Positions 1 through 8,822 of a stretch of DNA of 64,000 nucleotides are shown here, one piece after another (the stretch's first letter is position 1; every line of letters starts with the position of its first letter). Made by a program: the position numbers and the translations under genes. Origin of the DNA: a virus; IMG/VR virus record IMGVR_UViG_3300027749_000089, positions 10,799 to 74,798 of that record; one strand, given 5' to 3'. Below the pieces are notes generated by a model. The model worked only from the letters and a program-made list of their open reading frames with translations. It made no database searches and was not told where the DNA came from.

Positions 1-1
1 G

Positions 2-505
2 CGTACGTATATAACACGTAATGGTCAAATAGCTAATATAACAAAAGCAACCAGTGATATAGGCTTTTATAGATATGAGTACCGTACGCCTAATGGTTGT
101 AAGTTTGGTGTAAGTAAATATGGTGAAATATTTGAAAATGAACAGACTGATTATGACATAGTTGATGTATATAAGCTAGAGGACAAAAAACTTTATGTTG
201 ATGACAAAGATCATGTATATAGAGCTGAATTAGGGGTTGTAACTAAGTTGACAGGACTTCTCAGAGGCCAACAATTTACTGTTTCAGATATGAATCTTGT
301 AAAAGAATTCAATGGACTTTGCCTGGAAGTTGGTGGCATTTATGTAAATGAACGTAATGACAAATATGAGATAATACACATTAGGAATGATGAACATGTT
401 GTCGCAATGGACGTAAATGATGATTCCTTACGTACATATACACGTGGGGGTTATTACAATGACTGTGGCGTTTACAGTAATGAAGACTTAATAATGAGGG
501 TTTAA
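2..505 (+). CDS. 5'-truncated protein with tandem copies of a small phage domain (EVG.xY.TR.G...DL family)
   Basis: Frame 2 is open from the window start (RTYITRNGQ...) into the listed 248..505 ORF; contains LEVGGIYVNERND...EDL, similar to ORFs at 1016, 1468, 4545, 4830 and 5374. Confidence 0.7.
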   Translation, partial: RTYITRNGQIANITKATSDIGFYRYEYRTPNGCKFGVSKYGEIFENEQTDYDIVDVYKLEDKKLYVDDKDHVYRAELGVVTKLTGLLRGQQFTVSDMNLVKEFNGLCLEVGGIYVNERNDKYEIIHIRNDEHVVAMDVNDDSLRTYTRGGYYNDCGVYSNEDLIMRV

Positions 506-507
506 TA

Positions 508-612
508 ATGGAACTTGATACAAATTGGGATACATCAAACAGTGAAGATGATGACTGGATTGACGATGATGAAGAAGAACTTGATACAGATTGGGATGAG
601 GAGGAAGAATGA
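508..612 (+). CDS. 34-aa highly acidic peptide
   Basis: MELDTNWDTSNSEDDDWIDDDEEELDTDWDEEEE; fills the gap between neighbours, stop overlaps next ATG (ATGA). Confidence 0.55.
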   Translation: MELDTNWDTSNSEDDDWIDDDEEELDTDWDEEEE

Positions 613-866
613 GTGATTATGTAGAAATGCTTAAAGAAGGCGTACACATTTCAGATTTATTGAACGCCAATTCGGGCAATGTAGGTGATATAGGGGAGCT
701 ACTGCAATTGGCTGCTATTCATATTGAGAACCTAGAGGCTGATTTAAAAGATACAAAAGAGTATTTTGCAAAGTTTGATAAAATTGCTAAAACTATTAAT
801 TATAATAGTACTGCACTTGAGGAAACATTAAGTATAGCCAAAACATTTCGGAGAGTTAAATTATGA
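609..866 (+). CDS. hypothetical protein
   Basis: ORF with GGAGG upstream; ATGA overlaps with both neighbours. Confidence 0.65.
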   Translation: MSDYVEMLKEGVHISDLLNANSGNVGDIGELLQLAAIHIENLEADLKDTKEYFAKFDKIAKTINYNSTALEETLSIAKTFRRVKL

Positions 867-1015
867 TTTTAGGCAGATTAACTGAAGCACAAGAATTAGA
901 CTATTCACCCGAACCAGAAGAAGAAAACTGGGAAGAAGACGGTGATCGTATCTTAGGGGCGCATGGCTATAATAGAAACTGCATGTGCTATTCATGCAAT
1001 CCACCGGGGTAGGTT

Positions 1016-1225
1016 ATGAAAGTCGAAATTCAAAAAAAGTACAAAACGCGATGTGGCTTCAAAACTGAAGTACATCAAATCATCACATCAGTTAAGACCG
1101 ATTATCCAGTGTTAGGGCGTTATTATGACACCGATTATGCAGAATGGATTGATGAAAGATGGATGTTAGATGGGCGATGCGATGAAAGTATTGTAGATAA
1201 TGATTTAGATTTAGTTGCGCAATAA
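1016..1225 (+). CDS. small phage protein, EVG.xY.TR.G repeat family
   Basis: MKVEIQKKYKTRCG...YPVLG...W.LDG...DLDLV. Confidence 0.7.
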   Translation: MKVEIQKKYKTRCGFKTEVHQIITSVKTDYPVLGRYYDTDYAEWIDERWMLDGRCDESIVDNDLDLVAQ

Positions 1226-1241
1226 GGGATATCTTATATGA
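1217..1241 (+). promoter_or_regulatory. motif class II copy (putative phage promoter)
   Basis: GCGCAATAAGGGATATCTTATATGA aligns without gaps to copies at 55254 and 55792. Confidence 0.4.
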
Positions 1242-1471
1242 AATCGTTAACAAACCAAGAGGTTAAGAACATGTTACACAAATTTGATTTAATATCTGCT
1301 ATTATTGGAATGATGATAGCAATAGCTGTATCGGTAGTGGTAGTTGATATGAAGTACGAAGACTATCGTCAAGTCCACCAAACTAATATTGGTGGTGTTG
1401 TAATTGAAGGCAAGCACATTTATGAGCTTGTTGAATTAAGTGATCCAAGCCAAGGGGTAGTAAGAAAATGA
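1238..1471 (+). CDS. hypothetical membrane protein
   Basis: Hydrophobic segment LISAIIGMMIAIAVSVVVV. Confidence 0.6.
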   Translation: MKSLTNQEVKNMLHKFDLISAIIGMMIAIAVSVVVVDMKYEDYRQVHQTNIGGVVIEGKHIYELVELSDPSQGVVRK

Positions 1472-1812
1472 TAAATATCAATAAGCAATATAAAACCTGT
1501 TGTGGATTCCCTGTCGTGCTATTAGCAATGGTAGACAAGCAGTATACGGTAAGTCCGTATACTGTAATTGGTCTCTACAAGGATGAAGATAGAGGTTGGG
1601 AGCTTGGGACGTGGTCTGATAAAGGATATTTCAATATTGATGATGCAGATATTGGCAGCCCGCTGAATTTGGTTGAAATCAGCGATGAATCGCCTGTCGT
1701 GCCAGCAGGCGTGCAGGTGCCCAAATTTGGGCCAGAAACTGGGGCAGAGCTGGCAACCGCGTCTGAGGCATGCCTGCAGGGATGGGCCAGATTTATCGTG
1801 CCACCTGCGTAG
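1468..1812 (+). CDS. small phage protein, repeat family; C-terminus runs into GC-rich island
   Basis: NKQYKTCCG...YTVIG...W.DKG...LNLVE. Confidence 0.6.
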   Translation: MININKQYKTCCGFPVVLLAMVDKQYTVSPYTVIGLYKDEDRGWELGTWSDKGYFNIDDADIGSPLNLVEISDESPVVPAGVQVPKFGPETGAELATASEACLQGWARFIVPPA

Positions 1813-1859
1813 CAAAAGCAGGCCATTAACGGGTTCGGGTTGTAATGCGAGTGTGCCAA

Positions 1860-1877
1860 CCCCGTTAAATTAACCCT
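1860..1877 (+). promoter_or_regulatory. motif class I (CCCCGTTAAATTAACCCT), putative phage RNAP promoter
   Basis: Exact 17-18 nt repeat found 7 times, always at gene boundaries and in the same orientation. Confidence 0.65.
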
Positions 1878-1999
1878 AATTTCAAAAAATAAAAAAGTTG
1901 AAGTTAGAAATCCCATCTCGTATTATTAATGGCAAAAGCGCACCATAATGGAACCGCACGATACATACTTTATATTAATTTATTATTAAGGAATTTATC

Positions 2000-2614
2000 A
2001 TGTCAGTTCAAATCCAACAAGCATTCGTAGTAAACGGTCAAACATTTGCAACTAAAGCAGAAGCATTAAACTTTGTTAGACGTCCATTGATTTTAGCAGC
2101 TATGTTAACAGCTGTAAGTAATCAAACAGACGTTGCAGAATGGTTAGTTGATAACCAAGACACAGTTGAATCTGCTTTCGAAAGTGGTACTATTCGTCGT
2201 GTGACTAAATCTGATTATAACAAATTGGAAAAAGCACTTGCAGAAATCACTTCAGGTTTCTTATTTGACAATGCAAAATCTGTCTTAGATTCGTTCAGAT
2301 GGCCTGCTGTAAAACGTTTAACTGCTGAAGAAAAAGTAGAAGCCGCTAAAACAGAAATCTTACAAGCATCAGGTAATCCTGAACTTGCTGATTATGTTGT
2401 TAGTAACTCTACTGCTATCTTGGAAGCTTATAGCGCTGGTGTTGAAAAACGCGAAGTGTCACCTAAAGCTGCTGCTGGTTTAGCAGAATACCAAGCTAAG
2501 AAACGTGCTGAAGAAGATGCAGAAGCTGAGTCTAAAGGCCCAGAAGCTGTAGCTGAATTGGCTGCAAAACGTGAAGCTAATCGTTTAAAACGTGAAGCAA
2601 AAGCTGGTAAGTAA
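2000..2614 (+). CDS. hypothetical protein, probably highly expressed
   Basis: AAGGA RBS, biased codon use (GCT/CGT/GAA), class I motif upstream and terminator downstream. Confidence 0.8.
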   Translation: MSVQIQQAFVVNGQTFATKAEALNFVRRPLILAAMLTAVSNQTDVAEWLVDNQDTVESAFESGTIRRVTKSDYNKLEKALAEITSGFLFDNAKSVLDSFRWPAVKRLTAEEKVEAAKTEILQASGNPELADYVVSNSTAILEAYSAGVEKREVSPKAAAGLAEYQAKKRAEEDAEAESKGPEAVAELAAKREANRLKREAKAGK

Positions 2615-2627
2615 TTTTTAACAAACA

Positions 2628-2656
2628 CCCCTTGACCTTAATGGTTGAGGGGTTTT
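2628..2656 (+). terminator. intrinsic terminator
   Basis: CCCCTTGACC-ttaat-GGTTGAGGGG followed by TTTT. Confidence 0.7.
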
Positions 2657-2679
2657 AATCAAAAACTGGAGATAAAGAA

Positions 2680-3357
2680 ATGATGAGATATTTAACAGCA
2701 TATACAAACAACAGCGTGCGTCTTCAAGTTGAAGATATTGCTCGTAAGGAATTTAAAACATTAGTACAAGTAGCGAATGAACTGATAATCCAGGGCATTG
2801 AACTAGTCACTATTCAAGACCTTATGGTAACATCTCGTGAAGCAACAATACGTGGTCAAATGCCATTAAAAACTTACATTGAATTAGTTGATAAAATACC
2901 TTTTGTTTCTTATAAACAAAAAGGAAAATGCAACGAGTATCTTGGCTTGGCAATAGAAAAAGCTTTAAAAGCACGCCCTAGAAATGCTATTGTAGATCTT
3001 GAATATAAAACTTTAAAATGTTCTCTTAACTCTCACATAGACCTGCTAAAGCTTTTATACCCTAATTGTAAAGTCGATGGGATGGAAGTTAAAGTTTCTA
3101 TTGGTAGTGATCAAGCATTCTTGCGTTTAAAAGAAATTATCTCTACTCAACCAGGTATTAAACTTAACACTGATCCTACATCTGGTACATTTAGTATTAT
3201 AAGTTCAGAAGGTAGGGTTGCTAAGTTTAGAAGAAATGATTATGAATTCTTATTAGAGATTAAAGAGGGGTCTATATTGATTCTAGCTGATAACATCTCT
3301 GAAAATGAGTTAATTGCATTAGGACGCGATGTGTTGGACTTTATTAATCGAGGTTAA
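2680..3357 (+). CDS. hypothetical protein
   Basis: 225-aa ORF with GGAG RBS. Confidence 0.7.
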   Translation: MMRYLTAYTNNSVRLQVEDIARKEFKTLVQVANELIIQGIELVTIQDLMVTSREATIRGQMPLKTYIELVDKIPFVSYKQKGKCNEYLGLAIEKALKARPRNAIVDLEYKTLKCSLNSHIDLLKLLYPNCKVDGMEVKVSIGSDQAFLRLKEIISTQPGIKLNTDPTSGTFSIISSEGRVAKFRRNDYEFLLEIKEGSILILADNISENELIALGRDVLDFINRG

Positions 3358-3359
3358 TT

Positions 3360-3713
3360 ATGAAAGAATTTGAAGTTTTGATTAAAGAAAGGTATTTTAT
3401 TTATAATGCTATTAATGGCACAATTACAAGGCATAATGGCGCTAATGCATGTCTTACACAAAGCGTTGGTAAAAATAGAGGTGTGCGCCATGTAGTTCGT
3501 GTACCAGGTTCTGCGAAAAAACAAACATCTGCAGCGCGTGTTGCGTGGAGATTGTATTACGGGGAATGGCCTAATGAGCCTATAGCGTTTAAAGACAAAG
3601 ACTCATTTAACATCAGAATCACTAACATGTATACTTTAAACAGCCCATTACCAATCATGGGCAAATTTTCAACACTACTAAATGGTATTTCAAATGAATC
3701 AAAAAGAAGCTAG
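3360..3713 (+). CDS. degenerate HNH endonuclease-like protein
   Basis: AARVAWRLYYGEWP...IAFKDKD..NIRITNM matches the HNH_3 pattern but lacks the DH histidine. Confidence 0.6.
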   Translation: MKEFEVLIKERYFIYNAINGTITRHNGANACLTQSVGKNRGVRHVVRVPGSAKKQTSAARVAWRLYYGEWPNEPIAFKDKDSFNIRITNMYTLNSPLPIMGKFSTLLNGISNESKRS

Positions 3714-4155
3714 AAAATTATTCGATTATGACGCGATAACAGGTTGTTTATATTGGAGAGATTCAAAATTTAAGCAAAGCCATAATGCTGTAAGATTCGA
3801 TCCTGATAGAAATCGAATCATTCAGGTAAACCATAGGATGTATGTTGCGGCACGACTTGTGTGGACATATCATCATGGCGATGAACTTACACAATTAGAT
3901 TATCTGGGCTATGTTGACAATAATAAACAAAACACTAGAATTGAAAATCTATATCTGAAAGATGGCACAAGCTTTAAAAGTGTTTATAGAAATATTAAAC
4001 CAACAGTATCAGCTGAGAGGGTTGTGTATGATGTCGCTATCAATCACAAAGGTAAAGTTATTTCAAAAAGATGTAGAACACTAACAGAGGCATTAGAGTA
4101 TAGAAATGCCCAACGAAGTGAACTTGGTATGAAATTTATTGGGATGGACGTATGA
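3694..4155 (+). CDS. degenerate HNH endonuclease-like protein with possible AP2-like C-terminus
   Basis: LFDYDAITGCLYW...AARLVWTYHHG...YVDNNKQNTRIENL...TLTEALEYRN. Confidence 0.6.
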   Translation: MNQKEARKLFDYDAITGCLYWRDSKFKQSHNAVRFDPDRNRIIQVNHRMYVAARLVWTYHHGDELTQLDYLGYVDNNKQNTRIENLYLKDGTSFKSVYRNIKPTVSAERVVYDVAINHKGKVISKRCRTLTEALEYRNAQRSELGMKFIGMDV

Positions 4156-4364
4156 ACATTATAGTAATTAAGAGTACAGAAGATGAGTTAGTTGTACTCA
4201 ATATTGACCATATAGAGAGTATACGGCTGTATGTTGAAGATACGACTCATCTTTTAAAGGTTAAAGAGGCAGGCTCAATAAGTTTCAAAACCTACACGAT
4301 AAGTTACGAAACATGGCATGAGGTAGCACGTATGCTACGATTCCAATGGTCAAAGTTACAGTAA
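4152..4364 (+). CDS. hypothetical protein
   Basis: ORF coupled to upstream gene; VLNIDHIESI resembles LINLDRISEV in 5195..5377. Confidence 0.55.
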   Translation: MNIIVIKSTEDELVVLNIDHIESIRLYVEDTTHLLKVKEAGSISFKTYTISYETWHEVARMLRFQWSKLQ

Positions 4365-4544
4365 TAACGCTCTTATTACTGTCTAATAGTGTTAACGCCT
4401 TCACGGGCGTTGACATTGATGGTGATAAGTTTGAGTACAAACACAATATGATGTATTCTGAGAAACCTATTGTCATGGCATGGGTTGGAGATATACTTGG
4501 TGGACATCATATTCATACATTTATTGCAAAAGTGGAGAAGCACA

Positions 4545-4664
4545 ATGTTAAAATTAGAAGTGGGCAAAAAGTACAAAAGCATAGACGGACAGATTTGGGA
4601 AGTCGTGTACATCGGTGATAAAGATATTACGTATCCTGTTATTTTAGTAGAGGAAGTGAAATGA
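4545..4664 (+). CDS. short member of the EVG repeat family
   Basis: MLKLEVGKKYKSIDG...YPVIL; GGAG RBS. Confidence 0.55.
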   Translation: MLKLEVGKKYKSIDGQIWEVVYIGDKDITYPVILVEEVK

Positions 4665-4829
4665 GTTACTGTGCATTATATTTTATTAGCTTAATTGGTA
4701 CACCATATGTTATCTATGATAACGCTGTGTACTCAAATCAACCAATTCCAGGTATGACAACTATTGTTGCCACCCAAGAGATTCTGGATCACTTCATTGA
4801 ACAAAATGAAGCGACCTGTGGAGAATAAG

Positions 4830-5198
4830 ATGCTTGAAGTAGATAAAGAGTATAACAATCTTAATGGTCAACGTATTCGGATATTATTTAAAGAATACGA
4901 TCAGTTTGTAGGCGAGAACATGTTTAATGAAGATCTTGAATGGTACAGTAAAGAAGGTCATGGATATGTTGATTTAGTCTTAGAACAACCACTAGATCTT
5001 AAAGTAGGAGATACATGGTTAGATCACTGGAATAACCACGTGTTTATCGCTAGTATTAGCCCTACAGCACAAAGTGGAAGCTATCCTGTTATCGGCATCA
5101 TGTACCCTAACACCATCGGGCACAAAGCAGCATGCTATGCTATAGATGGTAAAGCAGCATGCGCTAGTCACTATCCTTTAAAGGAGAAAATAAAATGA
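4830..5198 (+). CDS. two-domain member of the EVG repeat family
   Basis: MLEVDKEY...DLV / LKVGDTW...YPVIG...DG. Confidence 0.65.
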   Translation: MLEVDKEYNNLNGQRIRILFKEYDQFVGENMFNEDLEWYSKEGHGYVDLVLEQPLDLKVGDTWLDHWNNHVFIASISPTAQSGSYPVIGIMYPNTIGHKAACYAIDGKAACASHYPLKEKIK

Positions 5199-5377
5199 AT
5201 TTTGTAAAAGTCACAGGTGTATTGATTAACCTTGATAGGATCTCAGAAGTGTGCATATCAAAGGTTGGAGAAAACTTTGATGTACGGATATCATATGGTG
5301 ATGTTAATGACTGGTCGAGATATTTTTTAAATGAAGAAGAGCTAGCTAAAATTGAAATTGCAATGGGAGTAAGATGA
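5195..5377 (+). CDS. hypothetical protein
   Basis: AAGGAG RBS, overlapping start/stop. Confidence 0.6.
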   Translation: MNFVKVTGVLINLDRISEVCISKVGENFDVRISYGDVNDWSRYFLNEEELAKIEIAMGVR

Positions 5378-5742
5378 TGATAGAAGTTGGCAAAGAGTAT
5401 AGAAATGGGGACAATCATCGTATTTATATAGTATTTGAAAAAGATGATAAATTTGTTGGTGTTGATTTATTCAATGAAGATCTTGATTGGTATTTTGGGA
5501 ATGGTGTATGTACATCTGTTAATGAATCTAGGTTTAATCTAGTGATGCCTATGAAACTAGAAATCGATCACATATATAGTAACACAGACGATGATCGGTA
5601 TATTGTTAAACATTATGATGGTTATGGTAATTATTGGGCCGCTAGACTTGGTCAAGCGTGTAATGGTTCTTGGTTCTATGAGGATGGTAGATATTATAAA
5701 CACGAAGAAACAAGTCATGATTTAATTAAAGAGGTATTCTGA
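5374..5742 (+). CDS. two-domain member of the EVG repeat family
   Basis: IEVGKEY...FVGVDLFNEDLDWY closely paralogous to 4830 (FVGENMFNEDLEWY). Confidence 0.7.
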   Translation: MMIEVGKEYRNGDNHRIYIVFEKDDKFVGVDLFNEDLDWYFGNGVCTSVNESRFNLVMPMKLEIDHIYSNTDDDRYIVKHYDGYGNYWAARLGQACNGSWFYEDGRYYKHEETSHDLIKEVF

Positions 5743-5755
5743 ATTAACCTTTCCC

Positions 5756-5803
5756 CCTCCTACTGCCCTTCGGGGTGGTAGGAGGCCCCTTATTTTTTTT
5801 TTT
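5756..5803 (+). terminator. TTCG-loop terminator
   Basis: CCTCCTACTGCCC-TTCG-GGGTGGTAGGAGG then long T tract. Confidence 0.75.
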
Positions 5804-5806
5804 CTT

Positions 5807-6001
5807 ATGAATGATATAATAATAGGCTCCACAATAACAGATACTATCGGTAGAACATTACAGGTAGCATATAAATCACCAACAGTAGTAATAACAGGGC
5901 AAGATACTACAATACAACCATTAGAAACAGAATTTAATTGGTATATGAGTGATGGTTCATATTGTCGATCTTCACGATCAACTTTCTATATTGTCGTATA
6001 G
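5807..6001 (+). CDS. divergent member of the small repeat family
   Basis: IIIGSTITDTIGR...WYMSDGSY. Confidence 0.45.
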   Translation: MNDIIIGSTITDTIGRTLQVAYKSPTVVITGQDTTIQPLETEFNWYMSDGSYCRSSRSTFYIVV

Positions 6002-6007
6002 ACTTAA

Positions 6008-6025
6008 CCCCGTTAAATTAACCCT
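6008..6025 (+). promoter_or_regulatory. motif class I copy
   Basis: CCCCGTTAAATTAACCCT upstream of terminase. Confidence 0.65.
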
Positions 6026-6163
6026 AAAGCCGCTCCCCCTGAATTGTAATCCATTAGTTGTTAATCCTTAGTTATTAATTAATAATAATTAATCTAATAA
6101 ATATATCCTTTAGGGGATCCCTGACTTTTTCCTAAAGGGCAGAGCGCTGAGACATATAGAAAA

Positions 6164-6181
6164 CCCCGTTAAATTAACCCT
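6164..6181 (+). promoter_or_regulatory. motif class I copy
   Basis: CCCCGTTAAATTAACCCT about 90 nt before terS. Confidence 0.65.
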
Positions 6182-6269
6182 AAGATTAATAATAAATAAT
6201 TGTTAATTTTTAAAATAGAGGGCTACGGAGACGTAACTCATTGAATGCAAACTGAAATGTGAGTAAACT

Positions 6270-6707
6270 ATGGACACACAGACAAAGCCACTAAAGAGAG
6301 AAGATGGTGTCAAGATACAACGTCTGAGTAATTTAAGTGCTGGTGGACGTTTGAGTGTAGCTAAGCTTAAAGATTTAGGGTTTGACCCTATTGAAGCATT
6401 AGTACATCAGTATAGATTCTTAGAAGAACAATTACAATACTATAATGATTGGCGTGATAACAAAATAGTACCATTAACATCTACAGGTAAGACTAAATGG
6501 TATAATGAACAGACACATATGAATCTAATAGATAAGATGACAGCTGTATCAGATAAATTGTTGCGTTATAAATATGGACGTGTTCCAGAGACTAATATTA
6601 TAGAAGATAAAATGAGATCCCCATTAGTTATTAACTTAACTAGAGAAGGTGATACACACATCATAGGAGAATACAATGATAGTGACGACAATATTGACTA
6701 CGATTAA
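6270..6707 (+). CDS. terS: putative terminase small subunit
   Basis: Upstream of TerL; LGFDPIEAL...LLRYKYGRVP pattern of helical TerS-like proteins. Confidence 0.55.
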   Translation: MDTQTKPLKREDGVKIQRLSNLSAGGRLSVAKLKDLGFDPIEALVHQYRFLEEQLQYYNDWRDNKIVPLTSTGKTKWYNEQTHMNLIDKMTAVSDKLLRYKYGRVPETNIIEDKMRSPLVINLTREGDTHIIGEYNDSDDNIDYD

Positions 6708-7125
6708 CATATGTGCTTATTTCATGTTAGCATTAACAATGATTGTAGCTATAGTTAAAAAGAAAGTTCCCCAAATGATTATTGATGTATTATTATTTAT
6801 ATCATTATGTAATATTTTAACGTTCCTAACAGGACTCTATTATGAGTGATTATCAACAATTATTATTTGTATTTAGTCAATTAACGTTAATGATGATTAC
6901 AATTTATTTCATTTGTAAAAACGAACAACTAGCATTTAAGGCCCTACTATGTCAGACAGCAGTAGCGATATTATTATTGATTTGGATTACATCATAATGT
7001 TTACTAATTTAATTATGTTTGCATCGTATGCTTTTTTAGAAACATCAACATGGGTTATTGTTGTATTGGTGTATTTAGGTATATGCGTTTTAAATGACCT
7101 CATTGACTTAGTATTATATGATTAG
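6676..7125 (+). CDS. three small overlapping hydrophobic ORFs (6676-6849, 6842-6997, 6997-7125)
   Basis: Manually translated; each 42-57 aa with hydrophobic stretches and coupled start/stop codons. Confidence 0.5.
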
Positions 7126-8443
7126 CCTTCATCCAGCACAATCTCAAATATATAAAGATTTATTTGTAGATCAAAAATTAAGATATGCTGTAGTATGTTG
7201 TGCTAGGGGTTGGGGTAAATCATATATGGCCGCTGTATGTGCAGTTACAGCTGTATTTGAATTACTCGAACTAGCAGCTAAGGTGCCTAATAAGACAGTG
7301 TACATCATTGCTCCTACTTATGATCAAGTAAAGGATATTTATTTTCCATTAATTAATTATGATTTAGGAATGGAAGATTATGCTTTAAAATCATCTCGTG
7401 ATCTAGGGCGTTTCTGGTTCGCTAATAATGTTGAATTAAGATTATTATCATATGAATCAGTAGAACGTATGCGTGGCAAGGGTTCTTATTTTGTCGTATG
7501 GGATGAGATATCATCATGTACCAAAGGTCTTGGTGCTGAAGATGCATGGATGTCTGTAATACAGCCTACTATTGCCACTAGATGGTCTAATAAAAGAGCA
7601 TTAAGTTATGGCGCTAGAAGTCCTGGACGTTCATTAGTTATTAGTACACCCAAAGGATATAATTTCTTTCATACACTATCTACATATCATGAATCAGACT
7701 CTGATTGGGGATTTTATCAATATGATTATTTACAATCGCCATTCTTAGATCAACAAGAAATAGAAAAGATTAAAGATAAGATTGACCCAGTAACATGGGC
7801 ATCAGAATACTTAGCACAATTTGCTGAATCAGGCAACAGTGTATTCTACTGTTTTGATCGTAAGAAACATGTTGATGCTACATTAGAAGACCTTATGGAA
7901 GGTGAAGATGTTCATATATGTATTGACTTTAACGTCATGCGTCAGTGTTCTAGTGTCTTCACACTTAGAGGGCATCAAATGCAATTTATTGATGAGTTCC
8001 AAGGGCATCCTGATACAGAATCACTGGCTATTGCTATTAAAGAAAAATATAAAGGCCATAAGATATATGCATATCCAGATCCTTCTGGTCGTGCTAGAAA
8101 GACTTCAGCTCCAATAGGTCGTACTGACTTTAGTATACTAGAGACATATGGCATTATATGTAGAGCGCACAGGGCTGCACCACCTATTATCGATAGTGTA
8201 GCTGCAGTAAATCGTAAACTATTAACAGCTTCAGGTAAAATAGACCTGTATGTACATCCTAGATGTTCCGGTACTATTTTATCTCTTGAAAGAACAAAAT
8301 GGACAGACCGCAACTTAGATATCGCGACTATTGATAAGTCCGAAAATATAGAGCATTTTTCTGATGGTATTAGATATGCCACAGAATATCTCTATCCAAT
8401 ACAAACGGGCGGGAAACGGGTTTCTCGTGGTTTCAACTTTTAA
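7118..8443 (+). CDS. terL: terminase large subunit
   Basis: LHPAQ Q-motif, Walker A (ARGWGKS), Walker B (VVWDE), ISTPKG coupling motif, RNase H-like nuclease (IDFN...DPSG...HFSDGIRY). Confidence 0.95.
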   Translation: MISLHPAQSQIYKDLFVDQKLRYAVVCCARGWGKSYMAAVCAVTAVFELLELAAKVPNKTVYIIAPTYDQVKDIYFPLINYDLGMEDYALKSSRDLGRFWFANNVELRLLSYESVERMRGKGSYFVVWDEISSCTKGLGAEDAWMSVIQPTIATRWSNKRALSYGARSPGRSLVISTPKGYNFFHTLSTYHESDSDWGFYQYDYLQSPFLDQQEIEKIKDKIDPVTWASEYLAQFAESGNSVFYCFDRKKHVDATLEDLMEGEDVHICIDFNVMRQCSSVFTLRGHQMQFIDEFQGHPDTESLAIAIKEKYKGHKIYAYPDPSGRARKTSAPIGRTDFSILETYGIICRAHRAAPPIIDSVAAVNRKLLTASGKIDLYVHPRCSGTILSLERTKWTDRNLDIATIDKSENIEHFSDGIRYATEYLYPIQTGGKRVSRGFNF

Positions 8444-8453
8444 GGATAATAAA

Positions 8454-8822
8454 ATGGAAGCACAAGATTGGGTAAATATCGTATTGAGTGCTGGAGGCAC
8501 GATTGCCACAGCCGCATTGGGACTACTCATGTCTAAGTTTAATAAGTTAGAAGCAGATAATGATTCTGTTGCAAAGGCTATTAGTGATGTTAAAATCCTT
8601 ATTGCTAACGATTATGTGAAGAAAGTCGAACTTAATCAACAGCTACAAGATATCTCTAGAAAGTTAGATAAGTTAGAAGATTTAGAAACTCAAATGGCTA
8701 CGCAATATGCTCGTAAAGAAGATCTTAAAACTCTAGGTGAAAGCCTGGGAAAGAAATTAGATCAAATACTCGATAAACTAGAAAGAAAAGCTGATAAGAC
8801 AGATTGGAGGGGCAATGGCTAG
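8454..8822 (+). CDS. N-terminal TM plus coiled-coil protein
   Basis: Hydrophobic N-terminus; duplicated Y.KK/RK..L.....KLD motif. Confidence 0.6.
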   Translation: MEAQDWVNIVLSAGGTIATAALGLLMSKFNKLEADNDSVAKAISDVKILIANDYVKKVELNQQLQDISRKLDKLEDLETQMATQYARKEDLKTLGESLGKKLDQILDKLERKADKTDWRGNG

